DNA of 64,000 bases, taken from the NCBI GenBank assembly GCA_965200315.1, contig OZ241362.1:1728001-1792000 (forward strand), in the 5' to 3' direction. Under the pieces are notes generated by a model. That model was not told the origin of the DNA, did not search any database, and saw nothing but the letters and a program-made list of their open reading frames with translations. Made by a program: the position numbers and the translations under genes. Positions 26,534 to 35,924 of the stretch are shown one piece after another. Source of the DNA: Candidatus Latescibacterota bacterium. Lineage in GTDB: Bacteria > Latescibacterota > UBA2968 > UBA8231. Position 1 is the stretch's first letter. The number at the start of each line of letters is the position of its first letter.

Positions 26534-27108
26534 GAAGCTTCGAGACCGCGTTTCGTCCGTTCTCGGCGCACCTGTGACATTTCACAAGATCATACCAGAG
26601 TACGAAGTGAAGTTCGACCAACATGGCAAAGGTCGCTTCCATGATTCCATGACCTTGGGATCTGTGGGAAAACCCCGTCCGGCAAGAGCCTTTTCTTGGG
26701 AGTGGAAGCAAAAGTAGATGAGCCGTTCGGTGCCTATGTCGCAGATGAGTGGCGAAAGGCCCAAGAAATAAGGGAAAGCGGAAAGAGAACGCGCCTGCCT
26801 AGGCGGATAATGCAACTATGCGACAGGTTTGATGACGGACTAGGAATCAGCAAATGCGATAGTTACTCTATGGCACGGCTGGAACCGTAGATTCCAAAGC
26901 GGATGTATCAGTGTTCTACGTGGCCGTATTCAAAACCGACTGCTACGATACCGCGATTGGAGAATCGAACCATCGGGATTACCGGCAGTTCATAGAACGC
27001 GCTGGCGGAGTCCCTACGCAGGACAACGGCAAGGGAGCGTCCTCCCACATTCTAACGCTTGGCGGCAAACGACTGATAGCCATCTACGAATACTTTGACC
27101 TCAGATGA
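26534..27108 (+). pseudogene. Decayed PD-(D/E)xK nuclease-like gene (DUF6946-like)
   Basis: Three frame segments join as IPEYEVKFDQHGKGRFHD / LGICG...LGVEAKVDEPFG / LLYGTAGT...VFYVAVFKT. Frameshifts at an 8-bp duplication TTCCATGA (26637-26652) and near 26860. Confidence 0.6.
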
Positions 27109-27208
27109 CGAGATGAAAAGGCTCCCGTCCGTTCAATCTTCCCCAAATTAAAATATCTGGTTTATCCGGTATTGCGGTGCACTCGCCGGTCGTCTCGTTT
27201 CTACGCTT

Positions 27209-27242
27209 CTACCGCAAATACGCCCGCTCCACCTTCGCAAAC
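27209..27242 (-). repeat. Direct repeat copy 2: current DegT gene 3' end
   Basis: Matches 26159-26192, offset exactly 1050 bp. Confidence 0.9.
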
Positions 27243-28441
27243 GTCTCGGCAATATCCGCCACTTCCCGTGCGGCAAAATTCTCGTGAATCGACATGATGA
27301 AGTGGCTCTCAACCGAGGCGACGGCGTTGGGACAAGGGAACTCTGCATTGCGGTCTCCCCCATACGCCGGCAATCCCCACGGATAGTCGCTGCCGGGAAA
27401 GACCTGCCGCTGCTTAAACCAGATCGCCTCGGAAGGGATATAGCGATACGTAGCTGTCACCGGAATACCCTCGGCGGCCACGGCCCGAGCAAAGCTGTCT
27501 TTATCCACCCGCAGTTTGTCAGCATCTACGTGGAAGCGCATAAACCAGTACACCCCCTCCGACTCGGCCACCTGCCATCCCAACCGCACCGCCTTGCGCT
27601 CGGCAATGGCCTCTTCGATTTGTGCCGCTACCCGACGCCGCTTGGCGATCATCGCCTCGAGCTTTCTCAGTTGCACCCGCCCAATGGCGGCCGACAGATC
27701 GTTGCCGTTGAGATTGAGTCCGGCGCGCAGGTTGGAGGTCGCATCCGTGTTAAAAGGTTTGCCCCGGTCGGCAAAGCGCTTGGCTTCCCAGCAGAGTTCC
27801 TCGTCGCAGGTAAAGACTACCCCGCCCTGCGGACCCGTCGCGTGGTGCTTGCCGCTCATGGTCGAAAAGGCCGCCACCGTGCCCAACGAGCCCGCTAGCT
27901 GCCCCTCGTAGCGCGCCCCGTGGGCTTGGGCGCAATCCTCGATGACCGGTAGGCCGCGCTCCTCGGCCAGCGCCAAAATCGGCGTCATATCTGCTGGTTC
28001 GCCGGCAATATGAGCTACGACAATGGCGCGGGTGTGGGGCGTCAGCACCGCCTCGATCTGCTCCGCACCGGCATTAAAAGATCCTCGCGCAGCATCAGCA
28101 ACCACTGGCACTTGGCACAACAGGACCGCGGGCATCGCCCCACCCGGATCCGTAATCGGCGGGATCACGACCTCGCCAGCCGCTTCTAGCTTGAGTGCGC
28201 CCAATGCCGCGTAGAGCGCCGAAGTCCCCGAATTGACCAAATCGGCGTAGCCACCCCCCATAAACGCGGCGAACTCCTGCTCATAGGCCAACTCCTCTGG
28301 ACCACTGTAGCCGATTGCATTGCCGCTTTCCTGCGCTTCAGAGAACAGCCGCAGCGCGGCCTGACGCTCCTCAGCCCCAAAGAGATGCCGCTTGGGAAAT
28401 GGCGTCTCGCGGACCTTGGTTCCCCCGTCTATTGCCAACAT
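27209..28441 (-). CDS. DegT/DnrJ/EryC1/StrS PLP-dependent aminotransferase
   Basis: VNSGTSAL, TRAIVVAH, VIEDCAQAHGA, FSTMSGKH, AAIGRVQLRKL. Confidence 0.93.
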   Translation of the reverse strand: MLAIDGGTKVRETPFPKRHLFGAEERQAALRLFSEAQESGNAIGYSGPEELAYEQEFAAFMGGGYADLVNSGTSALYAALGALKLEAAGEVVIPPITDPGGAMPAVLLCQVPVVADAARGSFNAGAEQIEAVLTPHTRAIVVAHIAGEPADMTPILALAEERGLPVIEDCAQAHGARYEGQLAGSLGTVAAFSTMSGKHHATGPQGGVVFTCDEELCWEAKRFADRGKPFNTDATSNLRAGLNLNGNDLSAAIGRVQLRKLEAMIAKRRRVAAQIEEAIAERKAVRLGWQVAESEGVYWFMRFHVDADKLRVDKDSFARAVAAEGIPVTATYRYIPSEAIWFKQRQVFPGSDYPWGLPAYGGDRNAEFPCPNAVASVESHFIMSIHENFAAREVADIAETFAKVERAYLR

Positions 28442-28549
28442 GGCAAACTTCCTTTCTCAATGGTGAGCCACTGGCGCTAGTCAGAAACTCACCGGTAATT
28501 TAGCAAAATCGCACCGCTCGCCGCCCATAACTAGCACCGCACTACTGAT

Positions 28550-29809
28550 TTGCACAAAAGACACGACCCCTACTCCAGCCTGCGCGTCCCGCTCTTCCGG
28601 CGTTATCTCATCGCTTCCTCGCTGGTGAGGATGGGTACGGCCGCCCAAGGTTTGGCCATCGGTTGGGAGATGTACGATCGCACCGGCCAAGCCCTTTCCC
28701 TCGGCATGGTCGGCCTCGTCCAAGCCATCCCCATGCTGCTGTTGACGCTGCCGGCCGGGTATCTAGCCGACGTCTTCGACCGCCGCAAACTGATGATGCT
28801 CAGTCTAGCCGGCGCCACACTCGCTTCGCTGGGCTTGGCTGTATTTAGCTGGTACCAGATGCCGACCTACTGGATGTACGTGCTGCTCTTTTTGGACTCG
28901 TCCTTCCTCCGCTTGGGCTGGCCCGCCCAACGAGCCATCGCGCCCTTGCTGGTGCCGGACGCGCTCTTTGAAAACGCCGCCAAGTGGTCAACCAGCTTGC
29001 AGCAGATCATCGGCATCGCCGGACCGGCCATCGGCGGTTTTGTCATCGCCTTCAATCTCCAAGCCGCCTATGTCCTCAGCGCCGTTTCCTCGGCGGCCTT
29101 CATCTTCTTCCTCAGCACCATGATCTTGCCGCCTGCTCCGCGCATTCAAGGGGGCAAGATGTTCGCTCAAATCGCCGTTGGGCTGCGCTTCGTCCGCGAC
29201 CAGCCGCTCCTCCTCGGCGCGATCTCGCTCGATCTGTTCGCCGTCCTCTTAGGCGGCGCAGTGTATCTCTTGCCCATCTTCGCCCGCGAGATCATCGACC
29301 TCAGTTCCGTCGGCCTCGCACCCGAAGCCGCGCTCGGCTGGCTGGTCGCGGCCCCGGCCATCGGTGCCAGCATCACCGCCTTGGCCATCGCCCATTTGCC
29401 GCCGATTCGCCGCGCTGGCAAGACCCTACTCTGGTGCGTGGCCGGCTTTGGCGCGGCGACCATTCTCTTTGGCCTCTCGCAAAACTTCTGGTTCTCGCTG
29501 CTGATGCTGGCGCTGACCGGAGCCTTCGACAACGTCAGCATGGTCATCCGTCGCGTCATCTCGCAGATAGGTACACCCAACGAGATGCGGGGCCGGGTCC
29601 AAGCTGTCTCCGCCATCTTCGTCGGTGCTTCCAACGAGATCGGCGGCTTTGAGTCCGGGCTGGTAGCTCAGCTTTTCAACCCGGTCTTCTCCGTCGTCAG
29701 CGGCGGCATCGGCACGTTGCTGATCGTGGCCGCTTGGACGGGCCTTTTCCCCTCGCTGAGAAACTTGGGCAGCCTCGCGTCCCTGACGACCCAGCGCTCG
29801 GCGAAATGA
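28550..29809 (+). CDS. MFS transporter (EntS/H+ antiporter-like)
   Basis: About 12 TM segments; GYLADVFDRRKLM; LDLFAVLLGG; TPNEMRGRV. Confidence 0.9.
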   Translation: MHKRHDPYSSLRVPLFRRYLIASSLVRMGTAAQGLAIGWEMYDRTGQALSLGMVGLVQAIPMLLLTLPAGYLADVFDRRKLMMLSLAGATLASLGLAVFSWYQMPTYWMYVLLFLDSSFLRLGWPAQRAIAPLLVPDALFENAAKWSTSLQQIIGIAGPAIGGFVIAFNLQAAYVLSAVSSAAFIFFLSTMILPPAPRIQGGKMFAQIAVGLRFVRDQPLLLGAISLDLFAVLLGGAVYLLPIFAREIIDLSSVGLAPEAALGWLVAAPAIGASITALAIAHLPPIRRAGKTLLWCVAGFGAATILFGLSQNFWFSLLMLALTGAFDNVSMVIRRVISQIGTPNEMRGRVQAVSAIFVGASNEIGGFESGLVAQLFNPVFSVVSGGIGTLLIVAAWTGLFPSLRNLGSLASLTTQRSAK

Positions 29810-29893
29810 GAGACCGGTGCTTTCTAGCGACTTTGCTTTTGACTATAGTATAGACCGCGACTCAATAGACGCCGCCAAACACGGGGAAGGGAC

Positions 29894-30628
29894 ATGAAGA
29901 AAAAACTTTTCATCACCGGCGCGGCCGGCAAAGTCGGGTCTGGCCTGCGCCGCCATCTCAAAGACCGCTACGACTTCCGCCTACTCTTTCACCGCAACAT
30001 CCCCGAAGTCGAACCAAACGACGAAATCGTGGTCTCCGACCTCGCCAACTTCGAGAACATGGTCGAGGCCTGCGAAGGTATCGACACCATCGTCCACCTC
30101 GGCATCGCCATCGTCCAGCGAGGCTATCCGCGCACGCGCTACAACCAGATGATCATGGAGACCAACATCGAGGGCACCTACAACATCTTTGAGGCCGCCC
30201 GCATCAACAAGGTCCCGGTCGTCGTCTTTGCCAGCACCAATCACGTAACGGGCTTCTACGAGCAAGAAGACATCTACACCACCCCCGAGATGCCGATCCG
30301 CCCCGACAGCATGTACGGCGTCAGCAAGGCATTCGGCGAAGCCCTCGGCCGCTTTTACTACGACGAATACGGCATCTCCTCCTACTGCCTCCGCATCGCC
30401 AACTACCCGGACACCGAGGAAGTCAACAGCTCCTATCCCCCCGGCGAAAACCGCTGGCTCAGCGCCCGCGATGTCTCCGAGCTGACTGCCTGCTGCATCG
30501 AGGCTCCCCGGCCCCAATTCGGCATTTTCTACGGGGTCTCACTCGGCGCAGACAAAAAATGGGACCTCGCCAACGCCAAAGAACTCGTCGGCTGGGAGCC
30601 CCAGGACCGCGGTGCCCCCTCGCCGTGA
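29894..30628 (+). CDS. NAD-dependent epimerase/dehydrogenase (uronate dehydrogenase-like SDR)
   Basis: ITGAAGKVG, FASTNHVTGFY, RPDSMYGVSKAFGEALGR. Confidence 0.88.
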   Translation: MKKKLFITGAAGKVGSGLRRHLKDRYDFRLLFHRNIPEVEPNDEIVVSDLANFENMVEACEGIDTIVHLGIAIVQRGYPRTRYNQMIMETNIEGTYNIFEAARINKVPVVVFASTNHVTGFYEQEDIYTTPEMPIRPDSMYGVSKAFGEALGRFYYDEYGISSYCLRIANYPDTEEVNSSYPPGENRWLSARDVSELTACCIEAPRPQFGIFYGVSLGADKKWDLANAKELVGWEPQDRGAPSP

Positions 30629-31275
30629 CGGATGTGGCCCACTTGGGCGGCGGCTACGCAGAGTCCGCACCCGACCCCGGCCCCACCGTAACAGCCCTCC
30701 TACAAGCCGCCCGCCCCGGTAGCCCGTCTTCTCGCCTCGTGATTTTGGGCGGGCCGCCCGGAGTCGGCAAAACCACCGTCGCCCAATCCCTGCTCGCCCT
30801 CTGCCCCAACACCTTTCTCCTCGACAAAGACCAAACGGCCGCGGGCTTTATCCTCGAAGCGGCCGCGCTGCGGGGGGACACACCCGACGCGGCTTACGGC
30901 ACTCCTCATTACTGGCAAAAGCTCCGTCCTCTCGAATACGCCAGTGCCCTCGCCGCCGCTTGCGCCAACCTCGTCGGCACCCGCCAAGTCCTCCTCGTTG
31001 GCGGCTTTGGCCCCGAATTGGGTGTGGATGTTCTCTGGGAAGGGCTAGCAGCAAACATCGCCCCAGCCGCTCTCTGCGTCCTCCACCTCGACCCGCCCCC
31101 CCTAGACATTTGGTGCGCCCGCATGGCCGGTCGCGGCTCTCGCGCCGACGCTTCGTACTTTGCCCATCTCGCGCAGGCCCTCGGCGATCTTCCCGTCTGG
31201 GCCGGGGCCGTCCGCATCCCGACCAACGGCCCCCTGCACTCGGTCGTCCAACGCGCCCTCAACGCCTTCGGCTGA
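30625..31275 (+). CDS. P-loop kinase/AAA_33-like protein
   Basis: Walker A GPPGVGKT, LLDKD; GTG 30625 overlaps the upstream stop. Confidence 0.75.
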   Translation: MTDVAHLGGGYAESAPDPGPTVTALLQAARPGSPSSRLVILGGPPGVGKTTVAQSLLALCPNTFLLDKDQTAAGFILEAAALRGDTPDAAYGTPHYWQKLRPLEYASALAAACANLVGTRQVLLVGGFGPELGVDVLWEGLAANIAPAALCVLHLDPPPLDIWCARMAGRGSRADASYFAHLAQALGDLPVWAGAVRIPTNGPLHSVVQRALNAFG

Positions 31276-31341
31276 AGGTGTGTGGACCGGGCGCACTACG
31301 GTTGACTTTTCTCGGCTCTACCCTTTACTTGTTAGGATGTT

Positions 31342-32595
31342 ATGTTAATCGTCCACAGTGCCTTAGGCTACTGCGTTCTTCTCGCCATCGCCTACCTCAT
31401 CGGTCGCCGCACTCGCTTTCCTTGGAAGACTCTCGGCGTGGCCACAGTGCTCCAGCTCCTGTTGGCCGCCATCCTGCTGCAACCAGCCATCCGCTCGCTG
31501 GTGTTTGGCCTCGCCAGCGACTTGACGACCCTGCTCAAAAAAATCGCGCTCACTGCCAATGAGTCGCTGCTGTTTAGCGGCGTGAGCGCCGAGTCGTTTG
31601 CCCGCGAACACGGCCCGGTGGTCGCACTCGAAATTGCGGCGATCCTCATCTTTGTGGCCTCGCTTTCGCGCGTGCTCTACCACTACCGGCTCCTTCCTTG
31701 GGTCATCGCCCGGCTCAGCCGGTTCATGCAGAAGTCTATGGGCCTCAGTTCAGCCGAGAGCGTCGGCATGAGCGCCAATATTTTTCTCGGCATGACCGAA
31801 GCCCCGCTCCTGATCCGTCCCTATGTGGCCCGCCTCACCGAGAGCGAACTGCTGTGCTTGATGATCGGCGGCATGGCCACCATCGCCGGCACCGTGATGA
31901 CCATCTACGCGACTATGCTCGGAGCGATCCACCCGGATATTGCCGGGTATCTCTTCGTGGCTTCGCTGATCAGTGCGCCGGCTGCTATCGCCGTATCCAA
32001 GCTCATGATCCCAGAAACGGAACGAGCGGAAACGGCCCAAGAGAAGGCAGAGTTGCCCCCTAGGGACACCCTCAATGGCCTCGACGCGGCCGCCCGTGGC
32101 GCGGCCGAAGGCATGCACTTGGTCCTCAACATCCTCGCCATGCTCGTCGCCTTTCTCGGGCTAGTCGCCTTGGTCAACTACGGCCTGAGCTACCTCGACG
32201 CCCTGTTCAACGGCGCACCGAGCGGCTGGAGCCTGCAAACCATAGCAGGCGTCCTCTTCCACCCCTTGACGTGGTTGATGGGCATCCCTTGGGCAGAAGC
32301 GCGGCTCGTCGGCGAACTCATGGGCCTGAAGACTATTCTCAACGAATTCGTTGCCTACCTTGCGCTCGCTCAGCAAATGGAAGGCAATGCCGTCTTGAGC
32401 ACACGCTCGTTCATCATCGCCACGTACGCCCTCTGCGGCTTTGCCAACTTCGGCTCGGTAGCTATTATGATCGGCGGCATCGGCGGCATCGCGCCCGAGC
32501 GACGCGGCGACCTAGCGCGCTTGGGGCTGCGCTCGCTCGTGGGCGGTACGCTCGCGACCATGGCGACCGGCTGCGTGATTGGGCTATATCTGTGA
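31342..32595 (+). CDS. nupC: Concentrative nucleoside transporter (NupC/CNT family)
   Basis: ANIFLGMTEAPLLIRPY, GGMATIAG, NEFVAY, YALCGFANFGS. Confidence 0.92.
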   Translation: MLIVHSALGYCVLLAIAYLIGRRTRFPWKTLGVATVLQLLLAAILLQPAIRSLVFGLASDLTTLLKKIALTANESLLFSGVSAESFAREHGPVVALEIAAILIFVASLSRVLYHYRLLPWVIARLSRFMQKSMGLSSAESVGMSANIFLGMTEAPLLIRPYVARLTESELLCLMIGGMATIAGTVMTIYATMLGAIHPDIAGYLFVASLISAPAAIAVSKLMIPETERAETAQEKAELPPRDTLNGLDAAARGAAEGMHLVLNILAMLVAFLGLVALVNYGLSYLDALFNGAPSGWSLQTIAGVLFHPLTWLMGIPWAEARLVGELMGLKTILNEFVAYLALAQQMEGNAVLSTRSFIIATYALCGFANFGSVAIMIGGIGGIAPERRGDLARLGLRSLVGGTLATMATGCVIGLYL

Positions 32596-32660
32596 AACTC
32601 CAGCGGCACTTGGGGCGTTTTATACTATCTCTAGCTAATGCGAACTAATGCGAAAAGCAG

Positions 32661-32909
32661 ATGACGACAAAAAAGACGACCTATCGCGCCCGGTTTGACG
32701 GCCATCGGCGGCTCGCTGCCGCCGTCATCATCCAAGCCGTCAAAGACATGCAGACCGCGGATTGCAATCAAGAGCGGCAGACAGCTATCGACTTCCTCTC
32801 AGGGGACATGTGGCCCTTTTCCGACGTGCTCGACCTGCCGTTAGACGGTCGCGCCCTCTGCGAGTACCTACGCACCATGGAGATCGCTTCCGCCGAATCG
32901 CTTGGCTGA
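32661..32909 (+). CDS. Small hypothetical protein
   Basis: 82-aa ORF with LAAAVIIQAVKD helix; fills the gap between nupC and the PhyH gene. Confidence 0.6.
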   Translation: MTTKKTTYRARFDGHRRLAAAVIIQAVKDMQTADCNQERQTAIDFLSGDMWPFSDVLDLPLDGRALCEYLRTMEIASAESLG

Positions 32910-32945
32910 CCTACACAGAAGCGGTATCTTCCGTGGTGCATCTAA

Positions 32946-32971
32946 CCTTCGGCTGAGCTTAGGTCGAAACC
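32946..32971 (+). repeat. 22-bp palindromic mini-element flanked by CC, copy 1 (5' UTR of PhyH gene)
   Basis: CC-TTCGGCTGAGCTTAGGTCGAAA-CC; 2 mismatches to copies 2 and 4. Confidence 0.85.
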
Positions 32972-32985
32972 CGGAGACGATCCCC

Positions 32986-33798
32986 ATGGAACTTTCGCCC
33001 GCGCAGATTCGCTTCTTCAAGAGCTTCGGCTATCTCTACTTTCCGCAGCTTTTCGCCGCCGATGAGATCGCTTGGATCACCGAGGAGTTTGAGCAATCCA
33101 TCCAAGCCTATGGCAACGGCGCGCAACACGACGGCAGCAAGCGCACCATGTTCGGCGGCCCCATTGAGCACCGCGAGCGGCTGTGTACTCTCGTAGACGA
33201 CGAGCGCATCGTCGGGATCTGCAACGGCGTCCTCGGCGAAAACTTCAACTACGCCAGCGGCGACGGCAACTATTACAGCGGCGATACTGGCTGGCACCCC
33301 GATGGCAATTGGGGTCAGCTTTTCTCGGTCAAAATCGCCTTCTACCTAGACGATCTGACCCGCGACACCGGCTGCCTGCGCATAATCCCCGGCAGCCACC
33401 ACCCCAACCATTTCGTCCGCGCCGAGGGCCTTGACCTTAACAACTCCTTGGAGTTATTCGGCATCGAGCCGCGCGACTTTCCCGGCAGCCTCGCGCTCGA
33501 GACAACCCCCGGCGACCTCGTCATCTTCAACCACGACCTCTATCACTCTTCCTTCGGCGGCAACCAGCGGCGGCGCATGTTTACCATGAACCTCACCCGC
33601 CCCTGCACCAACGACGCCGACCGAGCTACCCTCAGGGACTATCTCAGCCGGCACTCTCCCGGCGGCTACCAAGTCGTCACTGGCGGCGGCATGTTCTATC
33701 CCACCATGCTCGATACCGCCAGCCCGGAGCGCATGGTGCACTTGCGCCAATGCGCCGAAGTCCACGACGAACTCTTCCCAGAATTAGCGCCGCATTGA
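32986..33798 (+). CDS. Phytanoyl-CoA dioxygenase (PhyH) family protein
   Basis: QIRFFKSFGYL, WHPD (HxD), GCLRIIPGSH, PGDLVIFNHDLYH. ATG 32986 follows GGAG. Confidence 0.9.
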   Translation: MELSPAQIRFFKSFGYLYFPQLFAADEIAWITEEFEQSIQAYGNGAQHDGSKRTMFGGPIEHRERLCTLVDDERIVGICNGVLGENFNYASGDGNYYSGDTGWHPDGNWGQLFSVKIAFYLDDLTRDTGCLRIIPGSHHPNHFVRAEGLDLNNSLELFGIEPRDFPGSLALETTPGDLVIFNHDLYHSSFGGNQRRRMFTMNLTRPCTNDADRATLRDYLSRHSPGGYQVVTGGGMFYPTMLDTASPERMVHLRQCAEVHDELFPELAPH

Positions 33799-33829
33799 CG
33801 GCCAGCCCACTCGTGCAGATATTTTTTCT

Positions 33830-33905
<76 letters not shown>

Positions 33906-33910
33906 TCTTT

Positions 33911-33951
33911 GCCAAAGGGGGTGCGAACGCCGTTTCCGCACCCCCTTTGGC
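33911..33951 (+). terminator. Strong hairpin downstream of tRNA (terminator or processing stem)
   Basis: Perfect 15-bp stem GCCAAAGGGGGTGCG/CGCACCCCCTTTGGC; no long 3' T tail. Confidence 0.65.
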
Positions 33952-33987
33952 CGCCAATTCGCGCCTTCCCATCGTCCTCCCCCATCC

Positions 33988-34016
33988 TTGACATCTCGCA
34001 GTTCAAAGCATAAAAT
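33988..34016 (+). promoter_or_regulatory. Sigma70 promoter for the TPR-efp-acc operon
   Basis: TTGACA-17 nt-TAAAAT. Confidence 0.8.
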
Positions 34017-34060
34017 AGCCCTCGTTTCGGCCGCCTTAGCACCTCCCATTCCTCATCGCC

Positions 34061-34867
34061 ATGGCCAACTCCATAGCCAAACTGGAAAAAGCACTCCGGC
34101 GCGACCCGGATTCCCCGCGCTTTGCCCGCCTCGCCGATCTCTATCTCAAGCACGGACGCATTGAGCAGGCCCTCGAGCTTTGCCAAAAGGGCTGTGTGAG
34201 TTTTCCCGATTACGCCACCGGCTTTGTCGTCCTCAGCAAGTGCTATGAGAAACGAGGGGACTTAGAAGAAGCGCGCGAGGCCATGGGACAAGCTCTGCGA
34301 ATCGACCCAGAAAACCCCAGTGGGTACAAGCGCCTCGCCCACCTTTTTGAGCAACTCGACGTCGCGCCACTGGTCTTGCAAAGTCTGCGCCAAGCCGCGT
34401 ATTTCGACCCTTTCGACACCTCTCTAGCCGAGCAAATCGACCGCTTCTCCAGCCAAACCCACCAAGAGGCACCAACGCCCGAACCCGAAGAGGTCGTCGC
34501 TAGCACGGCCCCGGTCGAAGCCACTCAGCCCCAAGCACTGCCGCCGAACCAGGCACCGGACGACCGCGACGACCTGTACGGCGACACCGACGACCGCGAA
34601 CTGCTCCGCCTCTTGCAGGAGATCGAAGAGGAGGAAGCCGCCGAACCAGCGCCCGAACCCGAAGAGCCACCCCCCCCGGCCGACAGCGAGCCAAGCGCAC
34701 CGAAAAGCAAGCGCATTGCCACCATGACGCTGGCCGAGATCTACACCACGCAGGGCTTGACCCAAAAGGCGATCGAAACGTATCGCGAGCTGCTCGAAAA
34801 GGAGCCGAACAACACCATCATCCGCAGCAAGCTAGCTTCGCTAGAACAAAGCAGCAAAGCACACTAA
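34061..34867 (+). CDS. Tetratricopeptide repeat protein
   Basis: N-terminal TPRs (DPDSPRFARLADLY), acidic Pro-rich linker, C-terminal ATMTLAEIYTTQG TPR. Confidence 0.85.
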   Translation: MANSIAKLEKALRRDPDSPRFARLADLYLKHGRIEQALELCQKGCVSFPDYATGFVVLSKCYEKRGDLEEAREAMGQALRIDPENPSGYKRLAHLFEQLDVAPLVLQSLRQAAYFDPFDTSLAEQIDRFSSQTHQEAPTPEPEEVVASTAPVEATQPQALPPNQAPDDRDDLYGDTDDRELLRLLQEIEEEEAAEPAPEPEEPPPPADSEPSAPKSKRIATMTLAEIYTTQGLTQKAIETYRELLEKEPNNTIIRSKLASLEQSSKAH

Positions 34868-34877
34868 CGGGAGCGAT

Positions 34878-35435
34878 ATGGCAGACACCACGGATTTTAG
34901 AAACGGCTTTACCATGTCCCTTGACGGTGAGATATTCTCCATCGTCGAATTTCAGCATGTCAAGCCGGGCAAGGGCAGCGCCTTCGTGCGCACTAAGCTC
35001 AAAAACACCAAGACAGGTGCCGTGCTCGACCGCACCTTCCGCTCGGGCGACAAAGTCGAGCAAATCCGACTCGAAAAGCGCCAGATGCAGTACCTATATT
35101 CCGACCAAGGGCTGTACTACTTCATGGACTTGGATACCTACGATCAGATCCCGGTGTCCGCCGAGACCGTCGGCACAGCCAGCGCGCTCCTCAAAGAAAG
35201 CGAGAACGCCTTCCTCCTCGTAGCGGGCGAGGAGATCGTCTCCGTCGAACTACCCAACTTCGTTTCCCTTGTCGTCACCCACACCGAACCGGGCGTCAAG
35301 GGCGACACCGCCACCGGTGCGGTCAAGCCAGCCACCCTAGAAACCGGCTACGTGGTGCAAGTACCGCTCTTTATCAACAAGGGCGACCGGCTCAAGGTCG
35401 ATACCCGCACGGGCGAATACGTAGAGCGCGTTTGA
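34878..35435 (+). CDS. efp: Elongation factor P
   Basis: FQHVKPGKGSAFVRTKLK, PGVKGDTA, KPATLETG, VDTRTGEYVER. Confidence 0.98.
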   Translation: MADTTDFRNGFTMSLDGEIFSIVEFQHVKPGKGSAFVRTKLKNTKTGAVLDRTFRSGDKVEQIRLEKRQMQYLYSDQGLYYFMDLDTYDQIPVSAETVGTASALLKESENAFLLVAGEEIVSVELPNFVSLVVTHTEPGVKGDTATGAVKPATLETGYVVQVPLFINKGDRLKVDTRTGEYVERV

Positions 35436-35453
35436 GAAAGGACGACACCTCCT

Positions 35454-35918
35454 GTGAACGAAGACAAGCTCCGCAAACTGCTAGCGCTTTTTCACGATAG
35501 CGACATAGAAGAGCTAGAGGTCCAACACAGCTTCTGGCACGGCACACGCATCCGCTTAACTCGCAGGCGTGCGCCCTCCCCTGTGGCCCCTGCTGCCTCC
35601 ATGCCCGTTGCGCCCATGGTGTCCACTGCGCCCACTGAGCCTACGGCCCCAGCACCCCCTGAAAAGACCGACGACGGCCTCCACGAGGTGCTATCGCCCA
35701 TGGTCGGCACGTTTTACCGGGCCGCCTCACCCGAAGCCGATCCCTTTGTGCGCGAGGGAAATCGCATCGAAAACGGTCAGACCCTCTGCATCGTTGAGGC
35801 CATGAAGATCATGAACGAGATTCCAGCGGATGTCCGAGGCGAAGTAGTCGAAATCCTCGTCGGCGACGCCCAGCCTGTTGAATACAACCAAGCGCTGTTC
35901 AAAATTCGCCCTGACTAA
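35454..35918 (+). CDS. accB: Acetyl-CoA carboxylase biotin carboxyl carrier protein
   Basis: [17 protein letters not shown] biotinylation motif. Confidence 0.96.
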   Translation: MNEDKLRKLLALFHDSDIEELEVQHSFWHGTRIRLTRRRAPSPVAPAASMPVAPMVSTAPTEPTAPAPPEKTDDGLHEVLSPMVGTFYRAASPEADPFVREGNRIENGQTLCIVEAMKIMNEIPADVRGEVVEILVGDAQPVEYNQALFKIRPD

Positions 35919-35924
35919 GAGGCT

